A stretch of DNA of 54,970 bases, taken from contig CANQTE010000003.1 in NCBI GenBank assembly GCA_947626695.1, positions 1-54,970 on the forward strand, in the 5' to 3' direction. Positions 20,830 through 31,073 of this stretch are shown one piece after another. The stretch comes from an uncultured Bacilli bacterium. GTDB taxonomy: Bacteria > Bacillota_I > Bacilli_A > RF39 > UBA660. Under the pieces are notes generated by a model that did not search any database, was not told the DNA's origin, and worked only from the letters and a program-made list of their open reading frames with translations. The position numbers and the translations under genes were made by a program. Numbering within the stretch: position 1 is the stretch's first letter; every line of letters starts with the position of its first letter.

Positions 20830-21306
20830 ATGACAAAGGACCAACTAATAATATTATTAAAGAAATATAAGGAAAATAAGGCTAAATTAAAGCTAAAATT
20901 AAGAGACAAAGAAAGAATACTAAGGCAATTAGAATCAATAAAAGAAATAGAACTAAAATCAAGTGTAACAGAAATAAATAGTGATATTCATAGTAAAAAT
21001 AGTATTAGTGATAAAGTGGGAAATGCAGCTACAAACAATAGTGATAAAGAAAATAATCTAAGATTAGAATTAGAAGTATTAGAAAAAGAAATTATTGAGC
21101 TAAATGCTATGATTGAAGAAATTGATATTAGATTAGATGCACTAAGAAGAAAAGAAAAAGAAATACTTATAGCATATTATGTTGAAGGATATACATATAA
21201 AGAAATAGGCAATAAAACATATTATGATTTATATCAAGAAAAAAGGTCAGAAGATACAATTAAGAAAATAATACAACGAGCAACTAATAAAATAGTAAGT
21301 TTTTAA
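20830..21306 (+). CDS. ArpU/RinA-like late transcriptional activator
   Basis: Coiled coil plus sigma-region-4-like HTH at the end of the early region; spaced CCCT repeats immediately downstream (21311-21350). Confidence 0.75.
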   Translation: MTKDQLIILLKKYKENKAKLKLKLRDKERILRQLESIKEIELKSSVTEINSDIHSKNSISDKVGNAATNNSDKENNLRLELEVLEKEIIELNAMIEEIDIRLDALRRKEKEILIAYYVEGYTYKEIGNKTYYDLYQEKRSEDTIKKIIQRATNKIVSF

Positions 21307-21757
21307 AAAATGTCCCTATTTTTGCCCTATTATTGCTCTGTTTTTTCCCTTGTTTTTCAATTTTAGATATATTATAATTATAATAGCAATAAAAATAAAG
21401 TACACTCAGATATGAGTTGCTAGTCCAAGTGCTTTATAAAGGTGTAAAACTTACAAATGTAAGAAAAAGTGAAAATGCGATGTGTTATGAGCTTACATTA
21501 AATAACACTAGCAGAAGTAGCAAGATTAGGTTGCCAGAGTAAGTTGTCCTAATTTTCAATATATTCCCCTAAAATAAAAAGAGTGAAAAAGAGCTTATTA
21601 GTAAATAAGTTCTTTTAAATTTGCAAAATTAACATAAAAATGGTATAATAACATTAGAAGTTGCATAAAGTGTATGTAAAATATGCACGAAAACGCATAA
21701 AAAGTCATAAAAAAATGAAAAAAGTCGACAAAAAAGTATAAAAATGAACAAAAAGTG

Positions 21758-21950
21758 TTGATTTTTATAAATAACTCTAGTATAATATATGAGACACGAA
21801 AGTGTCAAAGGTTAAATGATGAATAAAATGAATTAAAATAAATTCGTTAAACTTCGTTATTTGTCATATTTAACCTCCTTTCTTATAAGAAAGATGATAC
21901 GTAATAAAAAAGGAAGATAAAAAAGACTAGAGCGCCAACTCTAGTCTTTT
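21758..21950 (+). ncRNA. Putative type I antitoxin RNA with promoter
   Basis: TTGATT-17-TATAAT; carries patches complementary to the toxin RBS and CDS; ends in AAAAGACTAGAG-loop-CTCTAGTCTTTT. Confidence 0.6.
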
Positions 21951-21953
21951 GCA

Positions 21954-22022
21954 TTAATTATCGAACAACTTAAGAATGAAGTATGTAATAATCAATGCGA
22001 TGATACGTAATAAATTTTTCAT
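21954..22022 (-). CDS. Putative type I toxin peptide (22 aa)
   Basis: AAAGGAGG RBS; MKNLLRIIALIITYFILKLFDN*; own TTGATT-17-TATAAT promoter (22104-22076). Confidence 0.65.
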   Translation of the reverse strand: MKNLLRIIALIITYFILKLFDN

Positions 22023-22370
22023 ATTTCCTCCTTTCCGAAGATATAAAAAAGAAAGAATATTAGGAAGACAAACTTATTATACTATGATTTATGCAAATAA
22101 TCAACGAAAAAAATAAAAGAAGCAAAGAAGAAATAAAAAATTAAGTATCGATATTGCAAAAGAAAAGAATATAAATAATAAACTTACTAATTGATAGAAA
22201 GAGCTTATCAAATATGGTAGGCTCTTTTATTATGCAATCAATATGCTAGGTATTTGATATAGATATTCTCCTTTAGATTTTTAAATTTATTTAGATTATT
22301 ATGCACCTTAATATAAATTGAAAGAGCTTTCCTAGCAAGTTCTTTGTAAATTAAATGGAGGTAAAGCCAA

Positions 22371-22553
22371 ATGACAACAGAAATAAAACAAGAAACTAAT
22401 AGCATACGAATACTAAAAATTCCAGAACCTAAATCATTCCTAAAAATAGGGTGTGAAAGAAATATAATAATAGGTGTTGATACCAAATTTAATAAATTAC
22501 AAAAAGTTATGTGGAAGTTTTTATTAAATACAAAAATAGAAGATTCGGAGTAA
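22371..22553 (+). CDS. Hypothetical phage protein
   Basis: GGAGG RBS. Confidence 0.5.
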   Translation: MTTEIKQETNSIRILKIPEPKSFLKIGCERNIIIGVDTKFNKLQKVMWKFLLNTKIEDSE

Positions 22554-22751
22554 AAATGAATTTAATAGAAAGATATAGAAAAGAAATATGTATAAACTGT
22601 AGCAATGAAAATTGTAGTAATAATATAAAAGAAACAAAATATCAAGAAGTAATAGTAGACCAAATAAGTACAACTACAGTAATAAAATGTGGTGGATTTA
22701 TAGCAAAGAATAAAAAATCAAAATTAACACTTATGAAAGGATTAATAGACT

Positions 22752-23117
22752 TTGAAAAAAAGAAGAGCTAGAAGAAAATATTACAACTGGGTTAAAGAAA
22801 TAGCAAAAGGTAATACTGATAAATTTTATAATTCTACAGATTGGGATGAGCTAAGAGAGAAAGTATTAGAAAGAGATAAAGGAAAGTGTCAATTCTTTTT
22901 AGGTAAATGGAACGATGGAAAACATTTTCCAGATAAAATAAAAATAATAGATGCAGATACAGTGCATCATATTGTACCAATAAAAGAAAAACCAGACTTA
23001 GCATTAGATATTAACAATTGTATAAGCTTAAGTTTTGAAGCACATGAAATAATAGAAGAAAGACATAGATGGAGCTGGAGAAAAAAGAAAAAGCCCCTAA
23101 CAAAGGAGAGATGGTGA
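22752..23117 (+). CDS. Packaging-associated HNH endonuclease
   Basis: FYNSTDW..LREKVLERD..CQ...VHHIVPIK...LALDINN..SL...H; upstream of terminase. Confidence 0.85.
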   Translation: MKKRRARRKYYNWVKEIAKGNTDKFYNSTDWDELREKVLERDKGKCQFFLGKWNDGKHFPDKIKIIDADTVHHIVPIKEKPDLALDINNCISLSFEAHEIIEERHRWSWRKKKKPLTKERW

Positions 23118-23118
23118 T

Positions 23119-23551
23119 ATGAAATTAGAACATTTACTTCAGGCATATAAATTAAATAAAATAGATGCAACAATAAAAGACATGAGCAACGAGAATGAAA
23201 GAGCAGGTGTAATAAATTTTGCCAATGGAATATCAGCAAGTTATTTATTAGATGGTGAAGATATTGTAATAGCTATGAAAATATTCTTTAATTGCTTAAC
23301 TGTAGATGGATTAAAAATACAAAATCAATTAAATCATGTAATTAAGGTAATACAAGTAATGCAGAATACAATAATGTTATTAGCTAATATTCCACAAAAA
23401 GAATGCAATATGATATTAGAAAAATTAGGGCTATTTGATAATACATTTCAGAAGCGGAAAGAGAATAAAACATTTAGAACATAGCTATGAAATAGAAGTA
23501 ATAGATGGTTTGTTATGTTTAAGTATAAATGAATTGGAGGAAAATAAGTGA
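23119..23551 (+). CDS. Hypothetical phage protein, extended by CGG skip at 23455 (143 aa)
   Basis: +1 frame ends in a GTGA overlap with the next start codon. Confidence 0.6.
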
Positions 23552-23751
23552 AACTAAAGGAAGAAATAAAAAACAAAATTGATTGTATAGAAATTAATGA
23601 GGATACAATATTAATAATAAAAATGAATGGAGAAATAGAAGAACAGGCAGTACAAAAACTTAGAGACAAAATAAAAGAAGAAATAGGATGCAAATGTTTA
23701 ATGTTTAATAATAAAGTAGAATTATTGTCAATATTAAACCACTCAAAATAA
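23548..23751 (+). CDS. Hypothetical phage protein
   Basis: GGAGG RBS. Confidence 0.55.
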   Translation: MKLKEEIKNKIDCIEINEDTILIIKMNGEIEEQAVQKLRDKIKEEIGCKCLMFNNKVELLSILNHSK

Positions 23752-24061
23752 ATGCAGTTAAAAGAAAATGAAAAAGAAAAGGATTTTGTGATGAGAGAAG
23801 AAGAAATCGTAGAGCCAATTACACAACAAATTCGGAGTTGATGAAAACATAAATAAAGAATCAGATATAAAAATGGATAAATTAATAGCAATATATAAAG
23901 CTGATATATTTGAATATGGAAGCGGAAGAACAGAAATAATTTATGTATGTGATAAAGATAGAAACAAAGAATGTGCAAAGAAATTTTGCGGAGATGACTG
24001 TTGTACACACACAACAGATAAAAAATATGCAAAAAATTTTAAAGAGAATAAAAAAAGATAA
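23752..24061 (+). CDS. Hypothetical Cys-containing phage protein, joined by CGG skip at 23833 (102 aa)
   Basis: ATG abuts the previous stop; ATT-C-GGA joins it to ORF 23873-24061. Confidence 0.55.
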
Positions 24062-24170
24062 AGCGAAACACCCCAGTCAAAATCTGGGCTTAAAATGAGT
24101 TTAAGGAGAGCGGGTGTGTGGTCTAAACTGTTCAACTTTTTCTATTTTCTCACGCGAAAGGGGGTATATC

Positions 24171-24500
24171 ATGACCAAAGAGAGCGAAGAAATAAAACAA
24201 ATGAGGGAAGATTTGCTGAATCAACTAATAGAACAAAACAAATTTGGAAAACATTTTGAAAGTTTAGTTGAGGATTATATAAATTTGGAAAAATTAAAAA
24301 GAAAAATACAGCGAGACATAGATAAGAATGGTTTAAGAGTTAAAGTAATGACGGGAAATGGATTTGAATCAGAAAAACCTAATGAAAGCGTGCAAAATAT
24401 TTTAAAAGTTAATGGACAACAACTAAAAATATTGCAAGACTTAGAACTAAAAGAACCATCTCAGACACCGAAAGAGGGTGCAGGAGATGATTTGTTGTAA
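24171..24500 (+). CDS. Terminase small subunit (P27-like)
   Basis: LVEDYI...IDKNG...KPNES...QLKILQDL; precedes the large subunit. Confidence 0.8.
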   Translation: MTKESEEIKQMREDLLNQLIEQNKFGKHFESLVEDYINLEKLKRKIQRDIDKNGLRVKVMTGNGFESEKPNESVQNILKVNGQQLKILQDLELKEPSQTPKEGAGDDLL

Positions 24501-26199
24501 AGAAATTGATGAATACATAAAATTTGTTGAAGAAAATCCAGATGAAACAGATAACGAAATAAAATTATTGATAAAAAATATTATAAAACCGACATTGTCA
24601 AGAGACGATGTCTTTTTTGATGAAGAAACATTTCATAATGCAGTAAAATATTGCGAAAAATGGTATTATAAATTATTTCCATATCAAAAATTTGCCTATG
24701 CATTATTTTTTATGTATGACAAAAACAATACAGACATAGTAATATTTCCAGACATTTTAATACTTATGGCCAGAGGAAATGGAAAAGATGGAATGATAAT
24801 GCCATTAGCTAATTTTTTACAGACTCATTATTATGGTGTAAAAAATTATCATATAGATATAGTTGCAACTTCAGAAGAACAAGCTTTAAATTCATTTAAT
24901 GTTGTTTATAATATGCTAGAAGCCAATAAAAACATAATGAAAAAGTATTTTTATTGGAATAAAACAGAGGTAATAAATAAAATAACACATTCTATTTTAA
25001 GATACAATACAGCAAATGCTAAAACAAAAGATGGAAAACAAACAGGAATGATAATTTTTAATGAATTACACGCCTACGAAGATTATAAACAAATAAATGT
25101 ATATAGTTCTGGGCTAGGCAAAATCAAACATTCAAGAACAGTAACAATAACAACAAATGGAACTGTTAGAGAAGGACCTCTAGATGAAAAATTGGCTATG
25201 GCAAAATTAATTTTGAATGGAGAAAATAACTTTTTAGGCTTGTTGCCAATTATATACAAAATAAATGATGCAGAAACAGTAGATATACCTATGAAGAAAT
25301 TCTTAGTAACAGGAAACAAAGAAGATATAGACATAACAGTCTGGGTTCAAGCAAATCCTAGTTTAAGATATATGCCAATACTTAAAAATGAGCTTATTAG
25401 AGATTACATGAAAATGAAAAAGCAGAAATCCTATAGAGTAGAATTTTATGCTAAAAGGATGAATTTACCACAACAAGATGAAGAAGATGTAGTAACAGAT
25501 TGGCAAAATATTTTAAGAGCATCTTATGAAGACATAGACAAGCAAATTCCAAGAAAAACAGGAGATATAGAAGGTAGAAAAGCAATAATCGGTATAGATT
25601 ATGCTTCATTAAATGATTTTGCAAGTGCAGGCTTTTTATTTAAGATAAATGGAGAATATATCTGGAGGCAAAGGACATGGATATGTTCAAAAAGTAAATT
25701 CTTTGGAGATATTAATTTTCCATTTCAAAATATTGGACAAGAGGGATTTGAGGATTTTGTTATAGTAGATACAGAAACTATAGATGCTGAAGAAATTGTA
25801 ATATGGCTTATTCAAGAAATGTCAAAATACAATATACAAAAATGGATTATGGATATGTATAGATTTCTTTTGTTAAAACAAGTATTTGAAAAGTTCAATA
25901 TATCAATAGAAACAAAAGAGAATCCTTACGGACAAATAAGAATGATAAGAAGATTTGACAGTATTACAGCTATTGTAGCACCTAGAATTGAAATAGCATT
26001 TGCAGAAGGAAAAATTAATATAGGTGATAGTGCAATTATGAGATGGGCAATAAATAATACTGCAATACAAATTGGAAAAGATGGAAATAAAAAATATGTG
26101 AAAATAGAGCCAAAATTAAGAAAAAACGACCCTTTTATGGCATTTGTTGCTGCGATGAGCGGGCAAGAGTTGCTAGACGAAGAGGTCATTTATGTTTAG
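24487..26199 (+). CDS. terL: Terminase large subunit
   Basis: MARGNGKDG Walker A, IIFNELH Walker B variant, GIDYAS nuclease motif, KNDPFMA. Confidence 0.92.
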   Translation: MICCKEIDEYIKFVEENPDETDNEIKLLIKNIIKPTLSRDDVFFDEETFHNAVKYCEKWYYKLFPYQKFAYALFFMYDKNNTDIVIFPDILILMARGNGKDGMIMPLANFLQTHYYGVKNYHIDIVATSEEQALNSFNVVYNMLEANKNIMKKYFYWNKTEVINKITHSILRYNTANAKTKDGKQTGMIIFNELHAYEDYKQINVYSSGLGKIKHSRTVTITTNGTVREGPLDEKLAMAKLILNGENNFLGLLPIIYKINDAETVDIPMKKFLVTGNKEDIDITVWVQANPSLRYMPILKNELIRDYMKMKKQKSYRVEFYAKRMNLPQQDEEDVVTDWQNILRASYEDIDKQIPRKTGDIEGRKAIIGIDYASLNDFASAGFLFKINGEYIWRQRTWICSKSKFFGDINFPFQNIGQEGFEDFVIVDTETIDAEEIVIWLIQEMSKYNIQKWIMDMYRFLLLKQVFEKFNISIETKENPYGQIRMIRRFDSITAIVAPRIEIAFAEGKINIGDSAIMRWAINNTAIQIGKDGNKKYVKIEPKLRKNDPFMAFVAAMSGQELLDEEVIYV

Positions 26200-26210
26200 G
26201 AGGTGAAAAA

Positions 26211-27388
26211 GTGTTCTTTGATAAGAAAAACGATAAACGGAGAATATATATTTGATATTCTATTAGGAAACAATAAAGGAAATGAATATATATATACATT
26301 AGCAGAAGCTCATGCGATAGATTTAATAGCAAAAACAATTTCAAAATGTGAGATACAAGTATTTAAAAAGGACCCTAAAAGCAATCAAATAAAAGAAACA
26401 AAAAATGATACATATTGGCTTTTAAATTTGCAACCAAATTATCATGAGAATGGAACTAGGTTTATATATAAATTAATGGTAAAGTTGCTCACAAAAAAAC
26501 AAGCTTTAGTTTTAATAAATCAAAACTTGAAGCGGAGATTATTTACTTTATGTAGCAGACGATTTTGTTATGAGCGATTCCATATTATACGGAAAGTCTT
26601 TTTCAAACATAATAATTTCTGATGATGAAGGAAATACCATTCCAATGATAAAAACCTATAACATAGAAAATTCAATATATTATTCGATAAAGAATGACAA
26701 GCTTGCTACTGCTTCAAATAATTTTAGCAAAAATACTGCTAAAATATTAAGTACAGCCTCTAAAAGTTTCATAAAAGCTAATATGCCAAAATGGAGACTA
26801 AAATTTCCAGGTGGACAACCTACTATGATGGATATAAAGACAAATAAATCGATTAGTTATGATGAATATAAAAAGAAAATAACAGAAGGATTAATCAGCG
26901 AAGAAGAAGCAATAGTTTTACTTTCAGAAGCATTTGATTTAATAAATTTAAATAAAGAGAACAATAAAAACTTGGATGACTTTGACCGAACAGTAAAATC
27001 AATAGGTGATACAGTAGCTAGAAATTGGAACATTCCATTAGATATTTTTTATGGAAGTAAAACAGAAAAATCAACTGGAACAAATGATTTTATCAATTTA
27101 GCAGTGGAACCTCACTGCAAAAATCTAGAAGATGGATTTAATATTAGTCTGGTTGGAAAAGAAGATTATTTAAAAGGTGAATATATTTCGATTAACAAAA
27201 ATGACATAATACATAAAGATATTTTGGAATGTGCAAACGGAATAGATAAACTAACAGCAGATGGATTTAGCAGAAATGAAATAAATAAGTTATTAGGATT
27301 ACCAAGGATAGACGAACCTTGGGCAGACGAACATAATTTAACAAAAAATTATGGAAAAATGGAAGGAGGTGCGAAGAAAAATGGATAA
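26211..27388 (+). CDS. HK97-type portal protein, restored by two CGG skips (26238, 26533; 391 aa)
   Basis: AGGAGG-GTG start; AIDLIAKTISKCE, LNLQPN and SRNEINKLLGL motifs in successive +1 frames. Confidence 0.88.
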
Positions 27389-28226
27389 TAACTATCTTAA
27401 TTTTAGAAAAAAGAATGAAAATGAAACCGAGCTATACATATATGGACCTATAGAAGAAAAAACATGGATTGACGATTGGTTTGGAGATGGAAAAGATAAA
27501 GTAGGAGCTTTTACATTAAAAGAAGCCTTAAAAAGAGTAGATACACCAAATCTAACAGTAAGAATTAATTCATATGGAGGTAATGTTTCAGATGGATTAG
27601 CAATATATAGCTTATTGTCTGAATTTGAAGGACATTTAAAAACTATTGTTGATGGTTTTGCTTGTAGTGCTGCATCAGTTATATTTATGGCAGGAGAAGA
27701 AAGAATTGTACCAGAAAATGGTTTACTTATGATACATAATGCTTGGGCAGAGGTAAGAGGAGACTCAAATACAATGCAAAAAGCATCTGAGGACTTAGCA
27801 AAAATAACACAACCATCATTAAATATTTATGCAAAAAAGACAAAATTATCCGAGCAAGAACTAAAAGAGATGATGGATAGAGAAGAATGGATTACTTCTC
27901 AAGAAGCATATGATTGGGGATTTTCTACATCACAAGAAAGAAAAGGTGAATATATGCAAGCATTAGAAGCGGATTTCGTTCATGATTTAGTCTTAAAAAA
28001 TAAAGAGCTTCAAAAGGAGCTTAAAGAATTACAACAAAGTAATTCTGACATTACACAAGTAGTCAAAAAGGCTACTAAAGAAATGTTTGATGAACAAGTA
28101 AAAAAATTTGAACAAAAATTACTTAATGAAAATCAAAAACAAAAAACACTAGAAGTATTAGATTGTTCAAGTAAAAATCAGATTAATGAAGACACATGGG
28201 TGTCTTTTTTTAATACAAAAAAATAA
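27381..28226 (+). CDS. ClpP-type head maturation protease
   Basis: INSYGG, DGFACSAASVIFMAG, LMIHNAW. Confidence 0.92.
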   Translation: MDNNYLNFRKKNENETELYIYGPIEEKTWIDDWFGDGKDKVGAFTLKEALKRVDTPNLTVRINSYGGNVSDGLAIYSLLSEFEGHLKTIVDGFACSAASVIFMAGEERIVPENGLLMIHNAWAEVRGDSNTMQKASEDLAKITQPSLNIYAKKTKLSEQELKEMMDREEWITSQEAYDWGFSTSQERKGEYMQALEADFVHDLVLKNKELQKELKELQQSNSDITQVVKKATKEMFDEQVKKFEQKLLNENQKQKTLEVLDCSSKNQINEDTWVSFFNTKK

Positions 28227-28246
28227 GAAAAGGAAGGTAAAAAAAT

Positions 28247-29383
28247 ATGAAAATTGACAAAAAAACAATTGAAGATTTAGTAAAAGAATTAAACGAGGCT
28301 CCAGCAGAGCAAAAATCAGAAAAAATTATTGAAACAATACAAAGTATTGTAGACCAAGAATATTCAGGATTAATTAACCAATACCAAAAAGAATTTGAAG
28401 AATATTCTGCATCAAAAGAAAACGATAAAAAATTTGGCTTGCGTTCTCTAACAGAAGCTGAAAAACAATGGATTGATAGAGCAATCAAACAAGAAGATTC
28501 GAGTTTAACAGGTAAAGAAATTGATTATTTACCAGAAACAACAGTAAGTTATATTTTTGAAGATTTAAAAACAGCTCATCCATTATTCCAATATATTGAT
28601 TGGGCGCCAGCAGGAGTACAAAAATGGTTTTTATCTGAAAGAAGCGGAAAAGCTACTTGGGGAAAATTAACAAGAGCTATTGTTGACAAAATAGAAGCAG
28701 GAATTGAACCATTAAACTTAGATGTTAATTCATTATCTGCATTTATGTTTGTTCCAAAAGCTATTATTAATATGGGATATAAATGGATAGATAAATTCGT
28801 TAGAACTGTTTTATTAGAAGTAAATGAAGAAGGAATTGAAGAAGGTATTATTGCTGGAAATGGAAAAGAAGCACCAATTGGACTATTAAAAGATTTAAAA
28901 GGCTCTGTACAAGAAGGTGTTTATCCAGATAAAAAGGCTGTTGAAATAACAGATTTAGGTCCAGATAGTTTTGGGGCAAAAGTTTTGCCAACATTAAATA
29001 GAGATGGAAAAAGAAATGTAGATACAATTGTTATTATTGCAAATCAAAATGAAATAGATACTAAAATCTATAAAGCAACACATGTGTTAAGCTTTAATGG
29101 ATATATTAAAGCAGATAATTATAAAAACTTCGTATATGTAGCAAGCCCATTTGTTCCAAAAAATAAAGCAATTGCATACTTACCAAAGAAATATACTTGT
29201 GGTATTTCAAGAATGGGAATTGATTTTAGCGATCATTATAAATTCTTAGAACAATTAAGAACTTATGCTATATTAACTTATGGAAACGGCAGATTAAAAG
29301 CAAATGACGATGTAGTAGTATTAGACATAACAAATTTAAAAGCTTTAAAGCCTATCGTCCAAACAGAAACAGTTACACCCTAG
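28247..29383 (+). CDS. Major capsid protein (HK97 fold)
   Basis: 378 aa after the protease; IIAGNGKEAPIGLL. Confidence 0.9.
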   Translation: MKIDKKTIEDLVKELNEAPAEQKSEKIIETIQSIVDQEYSGLINQYQKEFEEYSASKENDKKFGLRSLTEAEKQWIDRAIKQEDSSLTGKEIDYLPETTVSYIFEDLKTAHPLFQYIDWAPAGVQKWFLSERSGKATWGKLTRAIVDKIEAGIEPLNLDVNSLSAFMFVPKAIINMGYKWIDKFVRTVLLEVNEEGIEEGIIAGNGKEAPIGLLKDLKGSVQEGVYPDKKAVEITDLGPDSFGAKVLPTLNRDGKRNVDTIVIIANQNEIDTKIYKATHVLSFNGYIKADNYKNFVYVASPFVPKNKAIAYLPKKYTCGISRMGIDFSDHYKFLEQLRTYAILTYGNGRLKANDDVVVLDITNLKALKPIVQTETVTP

Positions 29384-29789
29384 CCCAGCCACCTCAAACG
29401 TGGCAATTCCAAGCAATGAAACACAATTACTAGGCGAAAAGACAGTTCAGGATTTATGCGAAAGTTTAAGTATTGAAGGAGATAATGTCAAAGGTACATT
29501 AAATTATGTTGAAAACTGGACTGAATTTTCAAAGGATAGTTCAGAAAATACGGGGAACTTCATACCTTTATATTTTGAAGAAGCAAAAGGAGCCAAAAAA
29601 GGAGCAGTAAAGGTAGAATTAAAAGGTACAGGTGCAAAACTTAAAAAACCAGTAGCAGTAGATGAAAAGGACGGCTTAATAGTTTTCCAAGTTCACAATA
29701 AAGATAATACACTTGAAATTACAAGTGAAGGAAAAGAAACTAGAACATTAATATTAAAAGAATTAACCTTAAAACAAAAAGGAGCTTAG
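29382..29789 (+). CDS. Capsid C-terminal extension/decoration domain, likely fused by +1 frameshift at CCC-TAG
   Basis: Open in the +1 frame directly from the capsid stop; no RBS before GTG 29400; terminator after it. Confidence 0.7.
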   Translation, partial: SPATSNVAIPSNETQLLGEKTVQDLCESLSIEGDNVKGTLNYVENWTEFSKDSSENTGNFIPLYFEEAKGAKKGAVKVELKGTGAKLKKPVAVDEKDGLIVFQVHNKDNTLEITSEGKETRTLILKELTLKQKGA

Positions 29790-29829
29790 AGATAAGCTCC
29801 TAACATTTATAAAAAAGGAGAAAAACAAA

Positions 29830-30093
29830 ATGGAAGAAAAGGAAGAAAAGTATGAAGTAATTGAGAATTTTAGAGACTCAAAAGATGACGAGTATGTCTA
29901 CTTAAAAAATGTAGAAGGAAGAAATATTTATCCTCGTCAAGGATTAAAAACAAGCAAAGAACGAATTGCAGAATTGTCTAGTAGCAAAAATAAAATTGGA
30001 AAACCTTCAATCAGAAAGATAGAAGAAAAAGTAAAAACAGAACAAAAAGAAAATATATCAGAAAATAGCAAAGAAAACAAATCTAAAGAATAG
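29830..30093 (+). CDS. Hypothetical head-associated protein
   Basis: YEVIENFRD...YPR...RIAELSSSKNKIGKP. Confidence 0.65.
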   Translation: MEEKEEKYEVIENFRDSKDDEYVYLKNVEGRNIYPRQGLKTSKERIAELSSSKNKIGKPSIRKIEEKVKTEQKENISENSKENKSKE

Positions 30094-30095
30094 AG

Positions 30096-30398
30096 GTGCT
30101 TTTTATGGCTATGGAAGATGCTCAAATAAAAAAACTTTTGCAAGAAATAAAAATGGAACAACATACATCACCATTTAAAGATGATGAAGAAATTATAGGT
30201 TATATTAAAGAAGCGGAATATGATATTAACTATATATGTGGCACTGAAATTGATTATAAAACTGATTTAGATGCAAGAAGTCTATTAAAGAATCGTGTTT
30301 TATATGCAGACCATAAAAGGTTGGCAGAGTTTAAAGAATTGTATGGTGCAGAATATGCAGCACTTCAAGCAAAGTATTACAACACTACCAACATATAA
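30096..30398 (+). CDS. Head-tail connector protein
   Basis: Size and position. Confidence 0.65.
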   Translation: MLFMAMEDAQIKKLLQEIKMEQHTSPFKDDEEIIGYIKEAEYDINYICGTEIDYKTDLDARSLLKNRVLYADHKRLAEFKELYGAEYAALQAKYYNTTNI

Positions 30399-30726
30399 TG
30401 ACGGCAAATTTAGACTTTTTGAAATAAAACAGGCTGATACTCAATTTCCAGTAGAATATTTAAAAGATACTGAAAAGGAAATTTGGTTTGAAGAATTATC
30501 AATTTCAGACAAATTAAAATTTGATGCTGAAGAAAGAGAAAAGAAGATAACCTATAAATTAAGAATACCTCAAACAAAGCAAATTAATTCGTTGTGTGTA
30601 GTTAAAATCGGCGATAAATATCACAAAGTTTTTAATACATATCATTTTACTAATAAAGATGGCTATAAACAAACAGACTTAACTTTAGAAGAATATCCAA
30701 GACCAAAATTAGAAGGAGAAATATAA
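30295..30726 (+). CDS. Head closure/head-tail adaptor protein (true start probably downstream)
   Basis: Position; YNDG motif. Confidence 0.6.
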   Translation: MFYMQTIKGWQSLKNCMVQNMQHFKQSITTLPTYNDGKFRLFEIKQADTQFPVEYLKDTEKEIWFEELSISDKLKFDAEEREKKITYKLRIPQTKQINSLCVVKIGDKYHKVFNTYHFTNKDGYKQTDLTLEEYPRPKLEGEI

Positions 30727-31073
30727 TGGGTGAACAATCAACAATGACTAAAGAAGATTTAGTTAAATTAATAAAAGAATTAAAAGTACCTCTTAGTGAA
30801 TCAACACCAAGAGACGAAGAGATGGAAGAAGAAATAAGAATACATTATTGGGATTATATATGGGAAGATTTAATGGCAAGTGGAGAAAAATATAACATGA
30901 AAGTAACATATCAAGTATCTGTTATATCCAATAAACCAAGACATTCAAAGCTTTTAGAATTAAAAAGAAAGTTAAATTCTAAAGGCTTACATCCAGTAAT
31001 TCAACACGAATATTTTCCAGAAAAAAGGAGAGTACACTCATTTTTTTCTATAGAGGTTTTAGAAAATGTCTAA
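30726..31073 (+). CDS. Tail completion/terminator-like protein
   Basis: Position and size. Confidence 0.55.
   Translation: MGEQSTMTKEDLVKLIKELKVPLSESTPRDEEMEEEIRIHYWDYIWEDLMASGEKYNMKVTYQVSVISNKPRHSKLLELKRKLNSKGLHPVIQHEYFPEKRRVHSFFSIEVLENV

Noticed and set aside
24760-25080. Terminase Walker motifs GKD and FNE as signs of inactivation
   Set aside because: Both deviations occur in an otherwise intact ORF and, to my recollection, match a natural subfamily variant; not evidence of decay.
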